Shown here: positions 23,151 to 32,494 of the stretch, one piece after another | Layout: each line of letters starts with the position of its first letter | Numbering within the stretch: the stretch's first letter is position 1 | Assembly: GCA_038064855.1 (NCBI GenBank) | Contig: JBBTSE010000007.1 | Coordinates: 238,097 to 302,096, forward strand | From: Patescibacteria group bacterium | Lineage (GTDB): Bacteria; Patescibacteriota; Minisyncoccia; Ryanbacterales; GWA2-47-10b | DNA length: 64,000 nt | Direction: 5' to 3' | The notes under the pieces: generated by a model | Seen by the model: the letters and a program-made list of their open reading frames with translations, nothing else | Database searches by the model: none | Told to the model about the DNA's origin: nothing | Made by a program: the position numbers and the translations under genes

Positions 23151-24830
23151 CTAGCCACGCTCCAAGAAAAGTCGCGCCAAACGGAGCTCCTCAAAGTCAT
23201 AACTCTCGCCCAGCATGGAACGGGCGGGGGCGAGCTGTAATGTGTCGCTATAACTGCGTATTTGTTCAAATGCTTCGCAGATTTTCTCAAATCGCGCGCC
23301 TGACGGCTTGAAATGCGCGCAGTCAGCCTCGATATCAATCAACCCTTTGCGCAAGAGTTTTTCCAAATGCTCGATGACCGTGCCTACGGTGACACCTCGC
23401 GTCTTGGCGATCTCGCGCGGAGTGAGCTTTTGCATCAAAAGTTCGCGTGTGGCCTCGTGAGTTGGTATTTTCTTTTTTGATATCTTCGCTGTGCCTTTTT
23501 CAATAGTACCGCCGCAGGCGCGGATAAAATTGTGATGCATGTCTTGTAGGTCGGGCGTGCTCATGGCGGTAAATACTTCGCGCGCTTGGTCTGATGAATC
23601 ATGAAATGCCGCGTCGTGCTCCAAAATACGGGGGTGTACCTGCAAAGATTTTTCGTTGTATCCACGCAGATACAAACCTGCGAGCGAGCGTACGCGAGAG
23701 AGCGCTACATATCCCTGCCCATATTCAAAGGTAGCTGAGAGATCCATGAGTGCTGCATCGAGTGACATACCTTGGCTTTTGTGAATGGTGATAGCCCACG
23801 CAAGCCGCAAAGGGACTTGGATGATTTTGGCGAGTGTCTTGCCGCCTTCTTCTACCGCCCACTCCATGGGAAATACTTTGATCGTCTCACCGGTGCCGAT
23901 GCGAACCTCGGGTAAACCGTCGTCTTCGGCAAAGCCGGTGACAACGCCAAGCGTGCCATTGAAAAAACCGTTTTCAAAATCATTTTTGGTAAACATCACG
24001 CGTGCGCCTTCTTTTAAGAAGAGCGTTTCGGGCGAGAGACACCCGCGCTTGAGTGAGTCAGCGAGCGCCTTGGAACCTTTTGTATGCATATCAAAAATGC
24101 GCGCGTTGCCGGGGATCTTTGAAAGTTCGCCTTTGTTGATATGATCGACATCGGCATTGTGCGAAAAGAGTTGCGGCATGACATCAACATTGTCAGGCAC
24201 AATGTTGCGCGCTTTTAAATGTTTGTGAAGATTTTTGGTCACCTCACCTTTGCGAATCGAGAGCAACATATCGAGAAATACCGGATCTTCTTGGCGATGC
24301 TGCTCGGATAGATAACAAGTCAGTAAACCCGCCGCACTCCATGATGGCGCTTCGAATGCGAAGCGTGATGCGCGGCCTCCGCGCGCGATGGGTGGGAGCT
24401 GAAAAAAGTCGCCTACAAAAATCACCTGCATACCACCGAAGGGCGCGGGGTTTCGTCGCAACGCCCGCAAGATCGTATCGATCATGCCGAGAGTGTGTGC
24501 GTCGAGCATTGAGATCTCGTCGATAATCAGCACATGAGTTTTGCGCGCGCGCTCGACGAGTTTTTCTTTTTGTGTCAAAAAATCAAGATCGTAGTCGGTG
24601 AGCGCGTCGCGGATACCAAGACCACTCCATGAATGAATCGTCATGCCACCGATATGGGTCGCGGCAATGCCGGTCGATGCGGTAATAGCCGGTTCAATAC
24701 CGTGCTCGCGCAGATACCCGATGTACTGACCTATAAGATATGACTTGCCAGAGCCCGGCTCGCCGGTGATGCATACATTGGCGCCGGTTTTTAATATAGA
24801 AAGTGCGGTGTCTTGGGTCATAAGATGCAC
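23151..24830 (-). CDS. AAA_30/PIF1-RecD-like DNA helicase with C-terminal HTH domain
   Basis: Walker A GEPGSGKSYL, Walker B VLIIDEISML, SF1 motifs (VFVGDFFQLPPI) and a C-terminal helix-turn-helix-like segment. Confidence 0.75.
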   Translation of the reverse strand: MHLMTQDTALSILKTGANVCITGEPGSGKSYLIGQYIGYLREHGIEPAITASTGIAATHIGGMTIHSWSGLGIRDALTDYDLDFLTQKEKLVERARKTHVLIIDEISMLDAHTLGMIDTILRALRRNPAPFGGMQVIFVGDFFQLPPIARGGRASRFAFEAPSWSAAGLLTCYLSEQHRQEDPVFLDMLLSIRKGEVTKNLHKHLKARNIVPDNVDVMPQLFSHNADVDHINKGELSKIPGNARIFDMHTKGSKALADSLKRGCLSPETLFLKEGARVMFTKNDFENGFFNGTLGVVTGFAEDDGLPEVRIGTGETIKVFPMEWAVEEGGKTLAKIIQVPLRLAWAITIHKSQGMSLDAALMDLSATFEYGQGYVALSRVRSLAGLYLRGYNEKSLQVHPRILEHDAAFHDSSDQAREVFTAMSTPDLQDMHHNFIRACGGTIEKGTAKISKKKIPTHEATRELLMQKLTPREIAKTRGVTVGTVIEHLEKLLRKGLIDIEADCAHFKPSGARFEKICEAFEQIRSYSDTLQLAPARSMLGESYDFEELRLARLFLERG

Positions 24831-24970
24831 CCATTGTAGCGGTCTGCTACTTTTTTACAAAGGTGCCAACTATTACTTTTGGTAAATGATTAACTTTTTT
24901 GATGGATATGGTAAAAATCACACTAGACCGATGCGCAAGCATCCATAGTACAAAGGGGAGAAATCCGAAG

Positions 24971-25246
24971 ATGTTCAGAACACTCTGGCTCGTGATCGAC
25001 TGGCTCGACATGGTTGCATGGCTCATCACGCTCGGCGCCATCGTCTGGCGCGAAAGCATCTGGCCGGCCAACAAGCTCGTAACCTTCGCGGTCGCCGTCT
25101 TCAGCGGCCCGATCTTCGCCCTCGGCTGGTTCTGCACCGGCTGGGACGCGACCTACAGAGCCTATCTCGTCCTCGGCACGTTCATCAGTGACGCCATCGC
25201 CAGAGCGTTCCGAGTGGAGGAACGCCTCGACCCCGCCGCCGAGTAA
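24971..25246 (+). CDS. Small membrane protein in a locally high-GC cassette
   Basis: Strong RBS (AAAGGGGAG) 8 nt upstream. Two TM helices. GC clearly above the ~50% background, with G/C-ending codons. Followed by a 12-bp-stem terminator. Confidence 0.55.
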   Translation: MFRTLWLVIDWLDMVAWLITLGAIVWRESIWPANKLVTFAVAVFSGPIFALGWFCTGWDATYRAYLVLGTFISDAIARAFRVEERLDPAAE

Positions 25247-25273
25247 CCGCCGGCCAACACTGGCACCGCACTA

Positions 25274-25306
25274 CAGCTTGCACGATTCGTCGTGCAAGCT
25301 GTTTTT
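25274..25306 (+). terminator. Rho-independent terminator
   Basis: CAGCTTGCACGA-TTCG-TCGTGCAAGCTG followed by TTTTTCTTTT. Confidence 0.85.
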
Positions 25307-25322
25307 CTTTTTATAAAACCGT

Positions 25323-25814
25323 CTACGAGACTACTTCGATACGATCGCCCATGAGCTTGAGAAACTCTTCGCGGCGACTTTCCATATCTACCTCATGCAT
25401 ATGCCACATCGGATAACACTCAGGCGTATACTCAAAATGCGCCCGCACCTCGCCATCTTCAAACACACGAATATGATACTGATGCATGAAACTTACTACA
25501 AAACGCAAACTCACGAGCTCGCCGTCATCGCGCCACGCCACAAAGTGGTTGCCGTACCCAAGCTCTACCAGATGTGCAATAAACTCTTTGACAGATGTAT
25601 GCGGAGCAATTTTGCCCAGCAAAAAGTTCTGCCTGCCCTCATGGCGCAGAATACGAAGCTTGAGCAGAAGGTCGCGCACATACGGATGAACGGGCGTAAT
25701 AATACGCCAAAAAAAATACTTCACACGCGCTGCAAACGACTGCGGATATTGCATGCGTGATCGCGGCAATTTCTGTATCCAGCGCTTCATAGTATCGAGA
25801 GATTCGGACTGCAT
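25323..25814 (-). CDS. Hypothetical protein
   Basis: 163 aa, His/Trp-rich, with no recognised motif. Confidence 0.45.
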   Translation of the reverse strand: MQSESLDTMKRWIQKLPRSRMQYPQSFAARVKYFFWRIITPVHPYVRDLLLKLRILRHEGRQNFLLGKIAPHTSVKEFIAHLVELGYGNHFVAWRDDGELVSLRFVVSFMHQYHIRVFEDGEVRAHFEYTPECYPMWHMHEVDMESRREEFLKLMGDRIEVVS

Positions 25815-25845
25815 AAAATAGAATCTAATAGAATAAGTATATCAT

Positions 25846-25880
25846 ACCAAACAAAAAACGCCCCGCAACTGCGGGGCGTT
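25846..25880. terminator. Rho-independent terminator, bidirectional
   Basis: AAAAAACGCCCCGC-AACT-GCGGGGCGTTTTTT. Confidence 0.85.
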
Positions 25881-25894
25881 TTTTGGTATAACGC

Positions 25895-26092
25895 TTATAC
25901 GCGTGATACGTTGGTCGCGGCGGGACCCTTTGGTCCGTCTGATACCTCGAAGGTGACATTGTCGCCAACTTTGAGCTCATCATACATGACGCCGTTCAAC
26001 TCTTTGGAGTGAAAGAAAAGATCCTTCTCTTCGCCATTGCGAGCGATGAATCCATATCCCTTGTCCGTAAGAGTTTTGATTGTTCCGTTCAT
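25895..26092 (-). CDS. cspA: Cold-shock protein (CspA family)
   Basis: MNGTIKTLTDKGYGFIARNGEEKDLFFHSKEL is a cold-shock domain with RNP1-like KGYGFI. 65 aa. Confidence 0.9.
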   Translation of the reverse strand: MNGTIKTLTDKGYGFIARNGEEKDLFFHSKELNGVMYDELKVGDNVTFEVSDGPKGPAATNVSRV

Positions 26093-26194
26093 CATAAACT
26101 TTATTTACATGCTTACGCTAAAAAAACCCGACTTAGTTTCTATACTCAGCACATGTCCATTGTAACCTATGTAAAGAATTTTGTCAAATACCCC

Positions 26195-27643
26195 CTACTT
26201 TTCGAGGTCGAGTGCCTGATCAATGCGGATTTGTTTGACAAACTCGGGTACGTGGCTGACCAAGATCATGGCGCCATCGTATTTGTTTAAAGCCTCAGCA
26301 ATAACAGGGATATGACGAAAATTGATGTGGTTGGTAGGCTCATCAAGGATCAAAAGGCCTGGTTTTTGGAGCACCAAACGCGCAAATGCGACGAGACCCT
26401 TTTGCCCTTCTGACAACCTGCCGATTTTGGTACCGATAATCTCAGAGGTTATCAAAAAGCGTGCCGCGGTCCCCCGCATATTTTCTTCTACTTTTTTATC
26501 CATCACCTCCATGAGCGATTCACGCACGGTGTCTTCAAAATTGAGCGTTGAGAAATCTTGGCGATAGTACCCTACGATAATATCATCCATAATCTTGGTG
26601 CCCTTGGCGCCGCGCGCAATCGTCTCGAGCAGCGTAGTCTTGCCAATACCATTTGGCCCCTTGATCAAAAGATGCGTATTGCGCTTGAGCTTGATATCAG
26701 ACTTGTGCGTGACGGGTTTGTGATTTTTGATCGTGATGTATGAAGTAATATACAAGATATCACCCACGATCTCTGGCTGTGATGGGATGACAAACTGCCT
26801 GATGGTCTTATCTTCTTGGCGGACATCCATCATCTCGCTCTCTAACGACTCAGTTTTGTCACGCATCTTTTTGGCGACATTGCGCATCTTGCCACCTTTT
26901 TGTGCAAAGAAGTTTGCCTTATCTTTATTTTCTTGAATCTCTTTGGCGAGCTGAGCATTCTTTTTGTTTTCGCGCTCGATACGCGCAGTGATGTCTTTGA
27001 CTACATCAAAGTAGTTACCTACATACTGCTCGATGGTGCGTTTGAATACATCGAGATACAACACGCCTGTACTAAACGCGTTGAGAAAATCCGCATCGTG
27101 CGAGATGACGATGCAAGTCTTTTTGTAATCAATAAGAAATTGCGTGAGATGCTCGATGCCAGCTTTATCAAGATTGTTGGTCGGCTCGTCGAGCAGCAAA
27201 AGATCGGGATCTTGGATGAGTGCTGATGCGAGCAAAAGCCGCGCTTGCTGACCACCAGAAAATGTCTTGATCACCTTATCGAGCGGAGCTGTCAGATGCA
27301 CGACCTCGAGTACTTTAGCGATACGCGGATCGATGTCATACACTTTTTTAGTAAAACATTTTTCAAAAAATTCGCGCACCGTCAGATCCATCTGATCGCG
27401 CGGGATTACTTGGCGTGCAGTAGCGATAGTCAGGCCATGCGCGATATGAATCTGCCCTGACTCGGGTTTGTGCGCGCCCATGATGAGTCCAAAGAGCGTA
27501 CTCTTGCCTGCGCCATTTTGACCCATGAGGGTGATCTTGGCGCCACGGCGAATAGGAAAACTGACCTCCTTGATAATGGGGTATTTGTGCCCGTATTCAA
27601 ACGAGACTTCTTCAAACCGAACAATAACTTCGTCGCGCGACAT
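26195..27643 (-). CDS. ABC-F family ATPase (two fused ABC domains, no TMD)
   Basis: Two Walker A motifs (GQNGAGKST, GPNGIGKTT) and two signatures (LSGGQQARL, LSEGQKGLVAFARL) with a charged linker. Confidence 0.85.
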   Translation of the reverse strand: MSRDEVIVRFEEVSFEYGHKYPIIKEVSFPIRRGAKITLMGQNGAGKSTLFGLIMGAHKPESGQIHIAHGLTIATARQVIPRDQMDLTVREFFEKCFTKKVYDIDPRIAKVLEVVHLTAPLDKVIKTFSGGQQARLLLASALIQDPDLLLLDEPTNNLDKAGIEHLTQFLIDYKKTCIVISHDADFLNAFSTGVLYLDVFKRTIEQYVGNYFDVVKDITARIERENKKNAQLAKEIQENKDKANFFAQKGGKMRNVAKKMRDKTESLESEMMDVRQEDKTIRQFVIPSQPEIVGDILYITSYITIKNHKPVTHKSDIKLKRNTHLLIKGPNGIGKTTLLETIARGAKGTKIMDDIIVGYYRQDFSTLNFEDTVRESLMEVMDKKVEENMRGTAARFLITSEIIGTKIGRLSEGQKGLVAFARLVLQKPGLLILDEPTNHINFRHIPVIAEALNKYDGAMILVSHVPEFVKQIRIDQALDLEK

Positions 27644-27713
27644 AATGCTGACAACAATAACACATATTTGTACTTTATTCTATTATATCTGCTTTTGCGC
27701 TATACTCCGTCTC

Positions 27714-28469
27714 ATGAAACCGCCTCGAAAACCCGAGCCATCAAAGCCCGCTAATAGCTATCCAATGCGCATCAATAAATATCTTGCGCTTAAAAACTAC
27801 GCAACGCGGCGTGGCGCTGATGAAATCATCACCAAAGGCCTCGTATTTATCAACGGACACAAAGCAGTGCTGGGCGATAAAGTCACCGAAAATGATGAAG
27901 TGGAGGTACAAGCAAAAGGACCTGCTAAAAAATATGTATATCTTGCCTACAATAAACCCAAAGGTATTGTGACAAGCTTGCCGCAACTAGGTGATATGGA
28001 TATCAAGACCCAGCTCAAAAATACACCGGTGGCATCTGATATATTTCCGCTCGGGCGCCTCGATAAAGACTCGCGTGGACTCATCATCTTGACTAATGAT
28101 GGCCGCGTCACCGATCGGCTTTTGAATCCCGAATTTGAACATGAGAAAGAATACGAAGTACGCACCCAAGAACACCTGCGCGAAAGCTTTGAAAAACACA
28201 TGTCAGAAGGTGTTGATATCGGTGAGGGAGTCATGACCAAGCCGTGTACCGTAAAGCGAGTGAGTGACAATGCGTTTCGCATTGTTTTAGGAGAAGGTAA
28301 AAAACACCAAATCCGCCGTATGGTCACCGCACTTCACAATACCGTCACTGACTTGCGCCGCATTCGGGTACTCAATATCAAACTCGGCCCACTCACCGAA
28401 GGTACCTACCGTAAGATAGAAGGCAAAGAACTTGCAGATTTTTTGAGCTCGCTCGGCATCGATAGGTAA
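27714..28469 (+). CDS. rRNA pseudouridine synthase (RsuA/RluB family)
   Basis: S4 domain (MRINKYLALKNYATRRGADEIITKGLVFING) plus catalytic GRLDKDSRGLIILTNDG. Start moved to MKPPRKP. Confidence 0.85.
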   Translation: MKPPRKPEPSKPANSYPMRINKYLALKNYATRRGADEIITKGLVFINGHKAVLGDKVTENDEVEVQAKGPAKKYVYLAYNKPKGIVTSLPQLGDMDIKTQLKNTPVASDIFPLGRLDKDSRGLIILTNDGRVTDRLLNPEFEHEKEYEVRTQEHLRESFEKHMSEGVDIGEGVMTKPCTVKRVSDNAFRIVLGEGKKHQIRRMVTALHNTVTDLRRIRVLNIKLGPLTEGTYRKIEGKELADFLSSLGIDR

Positions 28470-29155
28470 ACTTTGCGTTTTTTCTCAGAAAATTTTTCTA
28501 TCGCATAGCGCAGCATCGTGCGTGGCATCACAAATGCGTGTTTTTGTAAAAATTGTTCAAGCTGGCGCTGGTCACGCTTGCCTACTTCGCGCAGCATCCA
28601 GCCCGTAGCTTTGTGTATAAGATCATGCCCGTCTGATATGAGTATTTGTGCGATCTTAAAGGTATCTGCAAAATCATCACGCCGGATAAATGCATGGGTG
28701 GAGACAATCGCTATGCGCCGCTCCCACAAATTTTTTGACCGCGCGAGTTTGTATAACATAGTGCGTTTTTTATCAGCAAGCTCAGTGCCCAAAATATAGC
28801 TCGCTGAGGCATCAACTAAATCCCAATTATTTATTTGTTTTGCGCGCGAGACATAAAATTTGGCAATACGCATCTTTGTTTTTTCGTCAGCGCGCTGATA
28901 TTGCCCCACCAAAATCAAAAGTGCCATCAGCCGACACTCGTGGACAGGATTTGCCAAAAGCTTGACAATTTCTGCGGGCGGTAAATCTTTGAACTCTTTT
29001 GCTACGCGTCGCTGTTCGGGTACCGTGACGCCATAAAAAATATCACCGTGGCCATAGTGCCCCTCGCCTGTTTTAAAAAACCACGCTGATGATTTTGCTT
29101 TGGCGGGTGTGCCAAGACACTTGAGAGCTACTTCTACCTCGCGAGCATGTTGCAT
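28406..29155 (-). CDS. DNA alkylation repair enzyme (AlkD-like, HEAT-repeat glycosylase family)
   Basis: 249 aa with the conserved W..RR.AI....F pattern of PF08713 members. Its 3' end overlaps the convergent pseudouridine synthase gene by 64 nt. Confidence 0.7.
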   Translation of the reverse strand: MQHAREVEVALKCLGTPAKAKSSAWFFKTGEGHYGHGDIFYGVTVPEQRRVAKEFKDLPPAEIVKLLANPVHECRLMALLILVGQYQRADEKTKMRIAKFYVSRAKQINNWDLVDASASYILGTELADKKRTMLYKLARSKNLWERRIAIVSTHAFIRRDDFADTFKIAQILISDGHDLIHKATGWMLREVGKRDQRQLEQFLQKHAFVMPRTMLRYAIEKFSEKKRKVYLSMPSELKKSASSLPSILR

Positions 29156-29223
29156 AAAGAGATGATTGATTTTTGTACTATTTTAGACTAGCATGGAGAC
29201 GAAAAGTTCCCCAAGGAGGAAGC

Positions 29224-29400
29224 ATGGAGATTGTTCGACTGATACTCGTCATGGTATTGTTAGTGGCGGGACTCGCCAGCTACGAGCACATGAAGTGCAC
29301 TATGCCCGACCCCTATGCGGTCTGCGCCAGTAAGACATCTCTGCTCGAGCGTAAGCAGTGCCATTCAATCGTGAGCTTCGCGCTCACCGCAGGCCTGTAA
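29224..29400 (+). CDS. Small membrane protein
   Basis: Strong RBS (AAGGAGGA) 6 nt upstream of MEIVRL. One TM helix, then a Cys-containing tail. Confidence 0.45.
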   Translation: MEIVRLILVMVLLVAGLASYEHMKCTMPDPYAVCASKTSLLERKQCHSIVSFALTAGL

Positions 29401-29433
29401 CCCCACACTATCATAGTGTGGAATTTTTTTATC

Positions 29434-30672
29434 TTAGCAACTATTACCTGCGACATAACCGGTAGTCCAGCAAAGCTGAAGACTATATCCGCCCGATGGC
29501 CGATCAATATTGAGCATGTCACCTACTATATAGAGCTGCAGCACTACACGCGACTGCATAGTCTTGAAATCAATCTGACTAAGCTCAACGCCTCCCGATG
29601 ATACGATTGCTTTGTCTTTACCGAGCAACCCTGCAACATGCAATGGAATCGCCTTGAGAAGCGCAGCAAGTGTTTTGCGCTCGTCTGTGCGCACGCTATG
29701 ACTTGGCGTCTCGCTATCAATGCCGGCCTCTGCGAGCAGTGGTAAAACAAGAGCGGGCTGGATAAATGGTGAAAGAACATTTTTTATTTTTTTATTGCTA
29801 TCCGCCACCAAGATTGCCTGCAATCTTGCGCGTAATGTGCCCGCATCAAGTGTTGGGAACAGATCGAGCATGATAGTGACTTCTTCTTCGTCACGCAGTA
29901 GCTCGCCTACATCTCTACTCATATTAAGCACTGCGGGACCGCTGATACCGACATGGGTAAAGAGCATCTTACCCTTGTATGCTTTTTGTTTTTTGCCATT
30001 TTGAAATGTGGTCAGTTTGATATCAGTGAGCGCTACGCCCGCGCATTTTTTCACCCATGCGTCTTTGAGCGCAATGGGTACGAGCGCCATATCATTGGCG
30101 ATGACTTTATGACCGAGCTTCGAGAGCCAACCAAATCCATCACCAGTAGAGCCTGTCTCGGGACGCGAGGTGCCGCCTGAAGCAACGATGCATGACTGCG
30201 TGCGTATTTCTGATTTGTCAGCGAGCGTGATGGCGATCTCGCCAGTAGATTTTTCTGTGGCGATACTCGTGACCTTTGCTTTAGGCTGGATCTGTACGCC
30301 ACCTTCTTTCATATACTTTACCAACACATCGTAGACTGACTGTGCTTTATTTGATACGGGGAATACGCGACCCTCGGCCTCTTCTTTTGTGGGCATGCCC
30401 CGTGCATGAAAAAAATCAAGCGTCTCTGCCACGCCAAATTGAGTAAAGGCAGAAAATAAAAACTTGTCACTCTTTTTGTATCGCGCGAGCATGGTGCGCA
30501 CCTCGGGCTTGTTGTTGGTCACATTGCACCGCCCACCTCCGGTGATGAGAAGTTTTTTGCCGAGTGTTGGATTTTTCTCAAACAACAACACACGCCGCCC
30601 GCGCGCACCCGCGCGACCTGCCGCAATCATTCCAGCGGGACCACCGCCAATAATCACTACATCCCATACCAT
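29434..30672 (-). CDS. HI0933/YhiN family FAD-dependent oxidoreductase
   Basis: VVIIGGGPAGMIAA dinucleotide-binding motif, LLITGGGRCNVTN, and the C-terminal GG...G....A..LV.P.L motif of the family. Confidence 0.85.
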   Translation of the reverse strand: MVWDVVIIGGGPAGMIAAGRAGARGRRVLLFEKNPTLGKKLLITGGGRCNVTNNKPEVRTMLARYKKSDKFLFSAFTQFGVAETLDFFHARGMPTKEEAEGRVFPVSNKAQSVYDVLVKYMKEGGVQIQPKAKVTSIATEKSTGEIAITLADKSEIRTQSCIVASGGTSRPETGSTGDGFGWLSKLGHKVIANDMALVPIALKDAWVKKCAGVALTDIKLTTFQNGKKQKAYKGKMLFTHVGISGPAVLNMSRDVGELLRDEEEVTIMLDLFPTLDAGTLRARLQAILVADSNKKIKNVLSPFIQPALVLPLLAEAGIDSETPSHSVRTDERKTLAALLKAIPLHVAGLLGKDKAIVSSGGVELSQIDFKTMQSRVVLQLYIVGDMLNIDRPSGGYSLQLCWTTGYVAGNSC

Positions 30673-30691
30673 GGAGGCACTGTAGCAAAAA

Positions 30692-30715
30692 AGCTCGCGT
30701 AAAACGAGCTTTTTA
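30692..30715 (-). terminator. Intrinsic terminator
   Basis: AGCTCG-CGTAAAA-CGAGCT followed by TTTTT. The A-run and T-run give a palindromic context. Confidence 0.6.
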
Positions 30716-30723
30716 TGATGCGT

Positions 30724-30858
30724 TTATTTTTTTGAAATTTTTTGTGAAAGCCAGATGCCGAGCAAGATCAAGTCGATCAAAATCACAAGCCATGTGACCA
30801 GACCAAACAATCCCATGCCACCCATCATACCTCCGCTTCCGTATCCATATTCCATCAT
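30724..30858 (-). CDS. Tiny Met/Gly-rich membrane protein downstream of the multicopper oxidase
   Basis: MMEYGYGSGGMMGGMGLFGLVTWLVILIDLILLGIWLSQKISKK, 44 aa: a Met-rich head plus one TM. Start chosen to avoid overlap with the oxidase gene. Confidence 0.4.
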   Translation of the reverse strand: MMEYGYGSGGMMGGMGLFGLVTWLVILIDLILLGIWLSQKISKK

Positions 30859-30919
30859 ATTGTTATGTTTGTTATTTCTACGATAATGGACCTTTCGTTT
30901 AGTATACGCCCGCGAAAGA

Positions 30920-32482
30920 CTATCGCACAGTAAAATCAAACATCATGCCGCTCTCAAGATGCTCGGAGATGTGGCAGTGAGCCATCCATTCACCTGGATT
31001 TGAGGGATCAAGGATGATATCAACCGTTTCGCCAGATCTTACCAAGGTCGTATCTTTCCATACGAGATTAGTCTGCTGAACTCCATTGCGTGCGACGACC
31101 AAAAATCGCTGACCGTGGAAATGAATCGGGTGCTGCATCGGGTGCATCGACTTTGGATCGTTGAAGATTCTTATCTTGACTGGCTCACCCCTCTTGAATG
31201 CCCAATCAATATCCATATTTGCCTTGCCCGTATCTTGATCAACGATTTTCCATTTGACCATCGCGGAATCCATCATGTGATTCATCATTTGACCAGCATC
31301 ATCCCACTCAATACCGTCGGGGCTTCCTCCCATCATGCCACCGCCCATCATTTGCCCATTTGGCATCATATGACTACCTTGCGCACCCATCATGCCGCCA
31401 GCCATATCAAGCGTTAGCGCGATACGCTTTTCGGGCTCTTTATTAAACAATGATCGGAGCCGATCGATACTATCTATGGTCGCCTGACTTTTTTGCAAAA
31501 GGGTAAAAGCTTGCCCATGTGACACTTCTACTCGATCTTCGGCTACTGACAAAGTACCAAGGGGATATATTTTTTTGGGTGTTTGGTGCTGTATCTCGTA
31601 TATTCCTGCAAGCGGAATTAATACATCAATGATAGCTCGCTCTGACGGCATAAGCATGACACTATCAACCAACGATGCTTGCTCGTACGCACCGCTATCG
31701 GCGCCAATAAGTTTAAGCTTTAAGCCCTTGATGGCGACATTGAAAGGGCGCGCGTTGGCAGCATTGACGATATACAAACGCAGTACCTCACCTGCCTTGG
31801 CTTCGATATTTGGCATCTCTTCACCATTGACAAGCATTATATTGCCATAGTGACCCATGAGAGAATGGCTCGGCGTATCTTTATCAAGCTCAATGACGCC
31901 GTTTTCAATGGGTAAGTCGGAAAGAAAAAGTGGCATCTCGCGGTTTACAGGGGGAAAGTAGTTTGAATCGGCAGGACTGACGATAAATGCACCATACAGC
32001 CCGAGCCCCTGACCATAGACTTCTTTTGCATGCGGATGATACCAATACACGCCTGCATCAGGGAACTTGAGTTTGTACGAGAACGATTCTCCTGGATTCA
32101 TCTCTTTTTGCTGCAATTGCGATCCGTCAAAAGCATTGTCCATGCGTACACCGTGCGAATGCAATAATGCGGGTAAGTCAGTATTATTTTTAAAATTGAT
32201 AGTCACCTCCGCCCCCTGTGGTACGCGAATGGTGGGTCCTGGGATGGAGCCATTATATGCGAGCATTTTCTGATCCTGCCCACCGATATTCTTTTTGACA
32301 TAACTTGCAGTCAGGTCATACGTGTCGCCATCTTTGAGCTCGATAGTCGTGGCGGGTTTTGCTAGCGATAAATCTGAGATATTCGTAGAGGGTACATTGC
32401 GCGCACTTTGATTGAATAAGGCGCTATACAGCACAAATACTCCGACGACGACAGCTAACGCAATGCCAAGGATTTTATTCAT
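30920..32482 (-). CDS. Multicopper oxidase (CueO/CopA-like) with Met-rich insert
   Basis: Signal peptide. Copper-ligand motifs HPIHFHG and HCHISEHLESGMM. Met-rich segment GGMMGAQGSHMMPNGQMMGGGMMGG. Confidence 0.9.
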   Translation of the reverse strand: MNKILGIALAVVVGVFVLYSALFNQSARNVPSTNISDLSLAKPATTIELKDGDTYDLTASYVKKNIGGQDQKMLAYNGSIPGPTIRVPQGAEVTINFKNNTDLPALLHSHGVRMDNAFDGSQLQQKEMNPGESFSYKLKFPDAGVYWYHPHAKEVYGQGLGLYGAFIVSPADSNYFPPVNREMPLFLSDLPIENGVIELDKDTPSHSLMGHYGNIMLVNGEEMPNIEAKAGEVLRLYIVNAANARPFNVAIKGLKLKLIGADSGAYEQASLVDSVMLMPSERAIIDVLIPLAGIYEIQHQTPKKIYPLGTLSVAEDRVEVSHGQAFTLLQKSQATIDSIDRLRSLFNKEPEKRIALTLDMAGGMMGAQGSHMMPNGQMMGGGMMGGSPDGIEWDDAGQMMNHMMDSAMVKWKIVDQDTGKANMDIDWAFKRGEPVKIRIFNDPKSMHPMQHPIHFHGQRFLVVARNGVQQTNLVWKDTTLVRSGETVDIILDPSNPGEWMAHCHISEHLESGMMFDFTVR

Positions 32483-32494
32483 ATACTATAAAGT

